From assembly GCA_030433225.1 (NCBI GenBank), contig JAUIMD010000001.1, forward strand, positions 1-24,977: 24,977 nucleotides of DNA, read 5' to 3'. The position numbers and the translations under genes are program-made. Below, in pieces: positions 9,558 through 16,721 of the stretch. Origin of the DNA: Bacteroidia bacterium (lineage in GTDB: Bacteria; Bacteroidota; Bacteroidia; Bacteroidales; UBA5342). A model generated the notes under the pieces. That model worked only from the letters and a program-made list of their open reading frames with translations. It was not told where the DNA came from and made no database searches. How positions within the stretch are numbered: the first letter of the stretch is position 1; each line of letters opens with the position of its first letter.

Positions 9558-10141
9558 GGTTTTGTCAAAAAATGAACTATTCTGTTAAATACTATCGCTC
9601 ACCTTAATTTCACCGTTTTATTTTTTCAACGTGAAATTTTAATGTATCCCGAAAATAAAACCTTTCTGCAAATCAAAATAGCGTATAGGTCATACTTATT
9701 CGCTACAACGCAATATAAATGCATGATATCTGCATTACAACAAAAGCTATATCATTGATTACATATCCTTTATACGAACAAACGCTTACTTGAAAAGTCA
9801 AGAGTTTTTTATTCACTCTCAGGTTAAAATCTGACTAAATTCATCACTATTCCGGTAGAATTCATGGAAGACTATGGCATGTATTTTCCGTCACTTCGGC
9901 ACAAATACCCGTAAAATTCCCCATTAATCTTCATGTACATTTAAAATACTTTTTAACGTTTTTATACATACCAATCCTACACCTCAGATCCTTACGCTCA
10001 ACAAAATAACCGTCATGGCGGCATCCGGTAGAAAACCTTGTTATCTTTATGCACAACATTTTTTGGAAGGATGCAGCCTACATGATCGCTCACCTCCGGA
10101 AAACCTTATAAACACCGATAAACACGCAAAAACCCATAGTT

Positions 10142-11335
10142 ATGATGCACATTCGTACCATAGTTTACCTGCTGGCTGGTGCCGCCGTTCTTTTCTCCTG
10201 CACCTCACCGCAAAGCTCTATCCCCCTGGTAGTATCCAATCCATCCGACCTTCATAGAAAAGAAGTGGTTGCCTTGGAAACCTCACACTTCAGCGCTTTT
10301 TTAACGGAGAAAGGTTCCGAAAATATTGGAGTGAGAACAAAAGGTGATTCTACACTGCTGGTATCGCAATGGGTGGATCTGGACCAGGACAGTGTTTATG
10401 ATGAACTGTTGTTTGTTGCCGAACTGAAACCACATTCTGCCAAAGCCTACGAACTCGTGTACCTCGAACAAGGCACTACACTTCAGTCCACCCCCGGTTA
10501 TTCAACTTTTTCACGTTTTGTACCTGAGCGCACCGACGATTACACCTGGGAAAATGACAAGGTGGCCTTTCGCACGTATGGCCCTGAAGCACAGCGCATG
10601 GTCGAGGAAGGTATTCCCGGCGGCACCTTATCCAGCGGCATTGATTTGTGGCTGAAACGCGTTCCCTATCCCATCATTAATAAATGGTATGCAGGCAATG
10701 ACACCTCTCCCGGATTTTACCACAAGGACGTGGGCGAAGGCTACGACCCTTACCACGTAGGAACAAGCCGTGGAACCGGAGGTATCGGAATCTGGATGGA
10801 GGATACGCTTTTAACGTCTAAGAATTTCACGAGCTACAAAACCCTGGCAACCGGTCCGCTACGCACAGTTTTTGAGTTGACCTACGCGCCATGGGGACCT
10901 TACAAAGTGCAGGAAACCAAACGCATTTCTCTGGACCTGGGCTCTAATTTTTCAAGATTTGACATTTCCCTGCCAACGGAAGACACGCCCCCCAATTATG
11001 CCATAGGGATAACGCTGCACAACAATACAGGCGATGTTGAAATCCTTACCAAGGAAGGAATCTTCCGCCATTGGGAAGCCATTGACACTTCGTATGTTGG
11101 CGAAGGGATTGTGCTGGATCCGGCCTACGTAAAAGAAGCTTTTGTGCACCAATCGGAAGTGCCCGACCAAAGCCAGTTACTTATTCTGACCTCCACCCGT
11201 AACAACCACCTGGTATATTATGCCGGGTTTGGCTGGACCAGAAGTAAACAGGTACACCATGTTGGCGAATGGGACCAAATGCTGAAGGAACAAGCCCTAA
11301 AAATAGCACAGCCGCTAACGGTGGAATTCAAATAA
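10142..11335 (+). CDS. DUF4861-family lipoprotein
   Basis: Lipobox VLFS-C; motifs I recognise as DUF4861: RFVPERTDDYTWENDKVAFRTYGP, SSGIDLWLKR, DVGEGYDPYHVGTSRGTGG, GPLRTVFELTY, YYAGFGW. Confidence 0.8.
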   Translation: MMHIRTIVYLLAGAAVLFSCTSPQSSIPLVVSNPSDLHRKEVVALETSHFSAFLTEKGSENIGVRTKGDSTLLVSQWVDLDQDSVYDELLFVAELKPHSAKAYELVYLEQGTTLQSTPGYSTFSRFVPERTDDYTWENDKVAFRTYGPEAQRMVEEGIPGGTLSSGIDLWLKRVPYPIINKWYAGNDTSPGFYHKDVGEGYDPYHVGTSRGTGGIGIWMEDTLLTSKNFTSYKTLATGPLRTVFELTYAPWGPYKVQETKRISLDLGSNFSRFDISLPTEDTPPNYAIGITLHNNTGDVEILTKEGIFRHWEAIDTSYVGEGIVLDPAYVKEAFVHQSEVPDQSQLLILTSTRNNHLVYYAGFGWTRSKQVHHVGEWDQMLKEQALKIAQPLTVEFK

Positions 11336-11356
11336 AGAAACCATTACATCCATAAA

Positions 11357-11390
11357 AAAAAGGATTATTTCGTGTGAAATAATCCTTTTT
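11357..11390. terminator. Bidirectional intrinsic terminator between the convergent DUF4861 and Zn peptidase genes
   Basis: Perfect inverted repeat AAAAAGGATTATTTC-GTGT-GAAATAATCCTTTTT with A/T tracts on both sides. Confidence 0.9.
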
Positions 11391-11409
11391 CTATTTTCTC
11401 TTCTTCAGC

Positions 11410-12087
11410 TTAATCCCTTCTGCCTATAAAAATCATAATGTAATACATCAGTGTGGCCAGCGAACCAAGGGCTGCCACTACATACGTATACGCAGCAGCA
11501 CGAAGCGCATCTTCAGCCTTTTCCTGCGTGTCGTAAGAGGTCACTCCTGAATTTCTTAACCAGGCCAGTGCACGCCTGCTGGCGTCAATTTCAACCGGTA
11601 AGGTTACAAAAGAAAACAGGGTAGTCATGGCAAAAAGAACAATACCTGCCAGTAACAGTTGCGGAAAAACCTGCAAAAGCAAAATACCCCCTAACAGCAC
11701 CCATTGCACATACTTTGATGCAAAACTAACCGGTGGTACCAGCTTGCTTCGCATGGCTAACCAGCCGTAAGCGGTTGCGTGCTGAACGGCATGACCACAT
11801 TCGTGCGCCGCTACGGCAGCCGCCGACACATTATTGCCGTAGTAAACATCGCGACTAAGGTTAACGGTTTTGTTTTCAGGATTGTAGTGATCGGTCAAAT
11901 GTCCGTTTACCTGGGTAATCGTAACATCATGAATGCCGCTGTCTCTTAAAAATTTCTCAGCAACATCGCGCCCGGTCATTCCATTGGGTACCGGCACTTT
12001 GGCATATTTTTTAAACTTGGCCTGCAGCCGGGCACTTACCGCCCAACTTGCCAACATAATTGCTCCAAATACTATCAAATAACTCAT
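11410..12087 (-). CDS. Membrane zinc metallopeptidase (YugP / Zn_peptidase_2 family)
   Basis: GHLTDHYNP, AVAAHECGHAVQH (HExxH), VTLPVEIDASRRA, AAAYTYVVAAL; hydrophobic segments. Confidence 0.92.
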   Translation of the reverse strand: MSYLIVFGAIMLASWAVSARLQAKFKKYAKVPVPNGMTGRDVAEKFLRDSGIHDVTITQVNGHLTDHYNPENKTVNLSRDVYYGNNVSAAAVAAHECGHAVQHATAYGWLAMRSKLVPPVSFASKYVQWVLLGGILLLQVFPQLLLAGIVLFAMTTLFSFVTLPVEIDASRRALAWLRNSGVTSYDTQEKAEDALRAAAYTYVVAALGSLATLMYYIMIFIGRRD

Positions 12088-12122
12088 TTGTGTAAAAATT
12101 GAAATTTGGTTGGAAAGGTGGC

Positions 12123-12149
12123 AAAAAAAATGCCAACTGAATTGGCATT
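12123..12149 (-). terminator. Intrinsic terminator downstream of the Crp/Fnr regulator gene
   Basis: Minus strand AATGCCAA-TTCAG-TTGGCATT followed by a T run. Confidence 0.7.
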
Positions 12150-12195
12150 AAGAAATTTTATCTTTTCCTGACAAAAGCGTCAGAAACCCTTTAAC

Positions 12196-12891
12196 TTATC
12201 CTAAGTTACTGATGCGGCGCAGATTGACCTCATCCAGAATTTTAATTTTCCTGCCATCTACGGCAATCAGCTTCTCGTTGGAAAAATTGGACAATGTACG
12301 AATGGCATTGGAGGTAGTCATGTTTGACAAATTGGCAAGATCTTCACGCGACAGGTAAATATTAATGGTGGCCTGATCCTGCTCAAGTCCGTACGTTTCA
12401 ATTAAAAAGAGCAAGGCTTCGGCCAACCGCCCGCGAATGTGTTTTTGCGTGAGCGAAACTGTTTGGGTGTTGGAAAATCCCAGATCCATGGATAATGACT
12501 TGATAAAGGTAATGGCCAGGGTATTGTTTGACCTCAACAATTCAAACACCACCAACCGGGGTATTTTAATAACTGTGGTTTCTTCAATTGCCAGTGCGCT
12601 TGTGATATAGGGCTCTTCGGCAAATAAGGCACGGTACCCAAAAAAGCTGTTTACTTTTACCATTCGCACTATCTGACCGCGTCCGCCTACCCCTTCTTTG
12701 TATATTTTCACCTTCCCTTCAATCAGGCACAACAGGGCGTCTGGTGTTTCTCCTTCTTTATAAATGATTTGGTTGCGGCGGTAGGTACAAACAGTATAGT
12801 TGTTCCGCACAAACTCTTTTTGGTCGGGTTGCAATACATCGTATATTTTTTCGACCATTTCTATACTCACATCCTGTGTAACTGTTTGCAT
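12196..12891 (-). CDS. cur: Crp/Fnr-family regulator, probable ortholog of Bacteroides Cur (BT4338)
   Basis: cNMP-binding-like domain (IYKEGETP..LLCLIEGKVKIYKEGVGGRGQIVRMV) and C-terminal HTH SLTQKHIRGRLAE..LSREDLANLSNMTTSNAIRTLS, which matches my recollection of BT4338. Family is certain; orthology needs a reciprocal BLAST. Confidence 0.85.
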   Translation of the reverse strand: MQTVTQDVSIEMVEKIYDVLQPDQKEFVRNNYTVCTYRRNQIIYKEGETPDALLCLIEGKVKIYKEGVGGRGQIVRMVKVNSFFGYRALFAEEPYITSALAIEETTVIKIPRLVVFELLRSNNTLAITFIKSLSMDLGFSNTQTVSLTQKHIRGRLAEALLFLIETYGLEQDQATINIYLSREDLANLSNMTTSNAIRTLSNFSNEKLIAVDGRKIKILDEVNLRRISNLG

Positions 12892-13372
12892 ACTATTCCT
12901 GCTTTACAACATAGCTATAAAACACAAAGGAAGTAAATTTCCCATTAAAAAAAAAGACAAATTACAGGTGCAGCCTCTTATTTAAAACCTTTCTGCACAA
13001 GAAGTTCTCACCCTCTACTTCCCCCAATATAAAAAGGTTATCCACTCCCCCCGGCCATTGCGCAAAACGGGCAGTGTGAACAGACACACTGGTTGTGATT
13101 GCATCAAGGCGTACTCCATTTTCTAAAAAACACCTTACCTCACTATTCAAGCGGCCCAAAAAGTCACCCCTATCCTGCTCTTTTTGTGACTCTTACACAC
13201 CTACTTTCAAGTCACAATTTCTATTTAGCACACTTAAATCAGGGGCTGGTTTCCAGAAATACCTTTCCCGGGCAATTAATTTTCTACCTGTAATTTTATA
13301 CGCATCCACAGTTCCTATTTAAAATATTATGCAGGGAAATTGCATTTCGAATTAATAGTTTGTTTGATTGTA

Positions 13373-13380
13373 TACCTTTG
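13373..13380 (+). promoter_or_regulatory. Bacteroidota housekeeping promoter -7 element for rluB
   Basis: TACCTTTG matches TAnnTTTG, 13 nt before the ATG at 13394; no clear -33 TTTG. Confidence 0.6.
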
Positions 13381-13393
13381 CAAAAAAAATCGG

Positions 13394-14233
13394 ATGAACA
13401 ATCGAAGGAAAAGCCATACACCACGGCATGCCGGCAAGGATGCCCGCCAGGAACGCCCATCGCTGCGTAATTTAAAGCACAAACCCAAAGTAACGGTTAA
13501 ATTGCGTAAAGATCAGGAAATATCTGAAGCCATGCGCCTGAACCGTTTTCTTGCGATTGCAGGGGTTTGCAGCCGACGCGATGCGGATGAATTCATTAAA
13601 GCAGGCGACGTTTCCATTAATGGAAACGTAGTGACAGAATTGGGTACCAAAGTAGCTAAAAAAGACGCTGTCTTTTTCCAGGGCAAACAGGTGTATGCTG
13701 AACGAAAGGTGTACATCCTGCTTAACAAACCCAAGGACTACATTACCACGGTTGATGATCCACACGGAAAACGTACCGTACTGGACCTTGTGAAGAATGC
13801 CTGCGATGAACGGGTGTACCCTGTAGGCAGACTGGACCGCATGACCACCGGTGTTTTACTGCTGACCAACGACGGGGAACTGACTGCCCGCCTCACGCAT
13901 CCGAAATACAACCAAAAGAAAATTTACCACGTTTTTCTGGACAAAGCCCTTACGAAAAACGACCTCATAAGCCTGTCGAATGGCATAGAACTGGAAGACG
14001 GCTTTATTAAACCGGATGAAATCAGCTATGTGGAGGGGCAAACAAAAAAAGAGGTAGGGATTCAGATTCACTCAGGCCGCAACCGCATTGTTCGTCGTAT
14101 GTTTGAGCACTTTGGCTACAAAGTAATGAAGCTTGACCGGGTGTATTTTGCAGGCTTAACCAAAAAGACGCTGGCCCGTGGAAAGTGGCGTTTTCTGGAA
14201 GAGCGTGAGGTGAAAATTTTAAAAATGAGTTAA
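13394..14233 (+). CDS. rluB: rRNA pseudouridine synthase, RsuA/RluB/E/F family, with S4 domain
   Basis: MRLNRFLAIAGVCSRRDADEFI (S4), YILLNKPKDYITT, catalytic VGRLDRMTTGVLLLTNDG, GRNRIVRRMFE. The ORF-track TTG start at 13340 lies upstream of the promoter; ATG 13394 preferred. RluB versus RluF not resolved. Confidence 0.9.
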   Translation: MNNRRKSHTPRHAGKDARQERPSLRNLKHKPKVTVKLRKDQEISEAMRLNRFLAIAGVCSRRDADEFIKAGDVSINGNVVTELGTKVAKKDAVFFQGKQVYAERKVYILLNKPKDYITTVDDPHGKRTVLDLVKNACDERVYPVGRLDRMTTGVLLLTNDGELTARLTHPKYNQKKIYHVFLDKALTKNDLISLSNGIELEDGFIKPDEISYVEGQTKKEVGIQIHSGRNRIVRRMFEHFGYKVMKLDRVYFAGLTKKTLARGKWRFLEEREVKILKMS

Positions 14234-14258
14234 GAGGGTTACGCAAAGGCAACCCTCT
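14233..14258. terminator. Hairpin between convergent rluB and glnII genes
   Basis: AGAGGGTT-N10-AACCCTCT perfect 8-bp stem, but no U-tract on either strand. Confidence 0.45.
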
Positions 14259-14265
14259 CAATGCG

Positions 14266-15288
14266 TTAATCCAGCTGAACCGATTTTACGGTTTTAATAA
14301 TGGCAGCAGCCACCTTATAAGGGTCGGCATTGGATGCCGGTCTGCGATCTTCCAACCATCCTTTGTATCCGTTTTCAACTGTGGCAATGGGAATACGTAT
14401 GGAAGCTCCCCGATCCGAAACGCCATAGGAGAATTTATCAATTGCCTGGGTTTCATGCGCCCCGGTTAACCGCTCTTCGTTGTTGGCGCCGTATACTTCA
14501 ATATGCCGGTCGATAACCGCACTGTTTTCGCCAAAAGCTGAACATATGCGATGGTACACTTCCTCACTTCCGCAGGTACGCAAGGTTGTATTGGAAAAAT
14601 TGGCGTGCATTCCTGAACCATTCCAATCGCCTTTTACCGGTTTAGGATCCAGGTTTATCCGTACACCAAACTCCTCACCAATGCGCTCACAAATGTAGCG
14701 GGCCACCCAAATCTGGTCGCCGGCATTTTTAGCCCCTTTGGCAAAAATCTGGTACTCCCATTGGCCTTTCATTACTTCTGCATTTATGCCTTCTATATCC
14801 AGGCCGGCATCCAGACAAAAGTCGAGGTGTTTTTCAGCAATTTCTCTTCCCACAATATACTCAGCCCCTACCGAGCAATAATAAGGCCCTTGCGGTGCCG
14901 GGTAGTAGCCTGCTGCCGGAAACCCCATGGGCGTATGGGTATTGATGTTCCACAGCACGTATTCCTGCTCAAACCCAAACCAAAAATCATCATCGTCGTC
15001 ATCAATGGTGGCACGCCCGTTGGTTTCATGTGGAGTACCATCCGCATTGAGTACCTCTGTCATTACCAGGTATCCGTTTCGGCGGTCGGGATCTTTGCAC
15101 ACAAATACGGGTTTTAACAACAAGTCTGATGAGCCACCTTCGGCCTGTTCGGTGGAGGAGCCGTCAAACGACCACATGGGGCAATCTTCCAGGTTTCCTG
15201 AAAAACCGGCAACCACCTTTGTTTTGCTTCTCATCTTTTGGGTGGGCTGATACCCATCCAGCCAAATATATTCCAGTTTACTTTTCAT
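14266..15288 (-). CDS. glnII: Glutamine synthetase type II, downstream copy (340 aa)
   Basis: KLEYIWLDG, WSFDGSST, FGFEQEY, GINAEVMKGQWEYQ, DWNGSGMHANFS, RLTGAHET, DRGASIRIP, WLEDRRPASNADPY; length typical of GSII. Confidence 0.95.
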   Translation of the reverse strand: MKSKLEYIWLDGYQPTQKMRSKTKVVAGFSGNLEDCPMWSFDGSSTEQAEGGSSDLLLKPVFVCKDPDRRNGYLVMTEVLNADGTPHETNGRATIDDDDDDFWFGFEQEYVLWNINTHTPMGFPAAGYYPAPQGPYYCSVGAEYIVGREIAEKHLDFCLDAGLDIEGINAEVMKGQWEYQIFAKGAKNAGDQIWVARYICERIGEEFGVRINLDPKPVKGDWNGSGMHANFSNTTLRTCGSEEVYHRICSAFGENSAVIDRHIEVYGANNEERLTGAHETQAIDKFSYGVSDRGASIRIPIATVENGYKGWLEDRRPASNADPYKVAAAIIKTVKSVQLD

Positions 15289-15360
15289 TTCTTTTGCTTT
15301 TCCGTTTGGATATATCCGCTAAAATTAGCCTATTTTATCGATTTCGCGGTGAGGCGCTAC

Positions 15361-15396
15361 AAAAAAAAGAGGTTGCCAAATAAATGACAACCCCTT
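15361..15396 (-). terminator. Intrinsic terminator between the two glnII copies
   Basis: Minus strand AAGGGGTTGTC-ATTTATTT-GGCAACCTCTT followed by TTTTTT; 11-bp stem with two G-U pairs. Confidence 0.85.
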
Positions 15397-15419
15397 GTAT
15401 ATAGCATGTTTTAGTTTGC

Positions 15420-16445
15420 TTAAACTTTTGCTGATTTAACCGTTTTAATGATTTCGGCAGCTACTTTGTAAGGATCTGCGTTAGAAGCAGGACGACGATC
15501 TTCTAACCATCCTTTGTATCCTTTGTTTACTGCGGCAATAGGAATACGGATGGAAGCTCCACGGTCAGACACACCGAATGAGAATTCGTGAATTGACTGT
15601 GTTTCGTGCTTACCTGTTAAACGCTTGTGGTTATCAAAACCGTATACGTCGATGTGACGTTTGATGGTTTCGGGAGATGCTCCGAACGCAGAACAGATTT
15701 TTTCGTAGGTTTCTTTGCTACCGCAAGTTCTCAGGGTGTTGTTTGAGAAGTTAGCGTGCATACCGGAACCGTTCCAGTCTGTATCGCCCAGTGGTTTTGG
15801 GTGGTACTCAATGTAGTAACCATATTCTTCCGTTAAACGGTCAAGGATGTAACGTGCAATCCAAATTTCGTCGCCGGCTTTTTTAGCACCTTTGGCAAAC
15901 AATTGGAATTCCCACTGTCCGCAGGCTACTTCCTGGTTGATTCCTTCGAAATTCAGACCGGCTTCGATACAAAGATCGGCGTGTCTTTCTACCAACTCAC
16001 GACCGTGTGTATTTAAACCACCTACAGAGCAGTAGTACATTCCCTGAGGTTTTGGATATCCACCACGTGGGAAACCTAAAGGCAATTCAGTTTGAGTATC
16101 CATGATGAAGTATTCCTGCTCGAAACCGAACCAAAAGTCATCATCCTCGTCATCGATGGTAGCTCTGCCGTTGGTTGCGTGTGGAGTTCCATCAGGATTC
16201 ATTACCTCGGTCATTACCAAATACCCGTTAATGCGAGATGGATCTGGATAAATAGCAACAGGTTTTAAAATACAATCCGAAGATCCACCCTCTGCTTGTT
16301 GGGTAGATGAACCGTCAAAAGACCAGTCACCAATTTCTTCCAATGTACCGTTAAAATTTTCGTGGTCTTCTACTTTGGTTTTACTTCTCATGTTTTGAGT
16401 TGGATAATATCCATCCAACCAAATGTACTCGAGTTTAATTTTCAT
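15420..16445 (-). CDS. glnII: Glutamine synthetase type II, upstream copy (341 aa)
   Basis: Same GSII motifs (WSFDGSST, FGFEQEY, GINQEVACGQWEFQ, DWNGSGMHANFS, RLTGKHET, DRGASIRIP, WLEDRRP). Confidence 0.95.
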   Translation of the reverse strand: MKIKLEYIWLDGYYPTQNMRSKTKVEDHENFNGTLEEIGDWSFDGSSTQQAEGGSSDCILKPVAIYPDPSRINGYLVMTEVMNPDGTPHATNGRATIDDEDDDFWFGFEQEYFIMDTQTELPLGFPRGGYPKPQGMYYCSVGGLNTHGRELVERHADLCIEAGLNFEGINQEVACGQWEFQLFAKGAKKAGDEIWIARYILDRLTEEYGYYIEYHPKPLGDTDWNGSGMHANFSNNTLRTCGSKETYEKICSAFGASPETIKRHIDVYGFDNHKRLTGKHETQSIHEFSFGVSDRGASIRIPIAAVNKGYKGWLEDRRPASNADPYKVAAEIIKTVKSAKV

Positions 16446-16479
16446 AAAATATAATTTTAATGTTTACATTTTCTGGTGA

Positions 16480-16487
16480 CAAAAATA
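16480..16487 (-). promoter_or_regulatory. -7 promoter element for the upstream glnII
   Basis: Minus strand TATTTTTG = TAnnTTTG, 34 nt upstream of the ATG, in an AT-rich region. Confidence 0.5.
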
Positions 16488-16624
16488 ATTTATTTTTCTA
16501 ATTAGATAGCTTTTTATTCAAAAAATATGATTTTTAATGTGTTTTTGCTACTAAAACGCGCACTTTGGTTATAAACCCCAGCCAAAGAGTCAAATTAATA
16601 TCATTTTGTTTTACAAAGGGCCGG

Positions 16625-16658
16625 AAATAAAAATACCTGCCAGAATTCTGGCAGGTAT
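16625..16658 (-). terminator. Intrinsic terminator of the hypothetical gene
   Basis: 26-bp perfect palindrome ATACCTGCCAGAATTCTGGCAGGTAT (16633-16658) followed on the minus strand by TTTTATTT. Confidence 0.85.
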
Positions 16659-16721
16659 CGGATGTTTTTATAGCAAATGTTCAGGATGCCCTGGTTCAAA
16701 GAGCACCCATTGGTTTGCTTT

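Noticed and set aside
10015-10257. 80-aa ORF overlapping the DUF4861 start
   Set aside because: Out-of-frame overlap with a well-supported gene; no motifs.
12962-13322. Three 64-75 aa ORFs in the cur/rluB intergenic region
   Set aside because: Non-ATG or weak starts, mutually overlapping, no motifs.
13340-13393. Upstream TTG/GTG starts in the ORF track for rluB (same issue for pepP, lacI, the 499-aa fasciclin and the hypothetical gene)
   Set aside because: They overlap or precede promoter elements, or add residues before a clean N-terminus; downstream ATGs fit better.
14988-15005. Poly-Asp run (DDDDDD) in the downstream GSII
   Set aside because: The paralog has the equivalent DDEDDD, so it is a conserved linker feature and not a contingency repeat.
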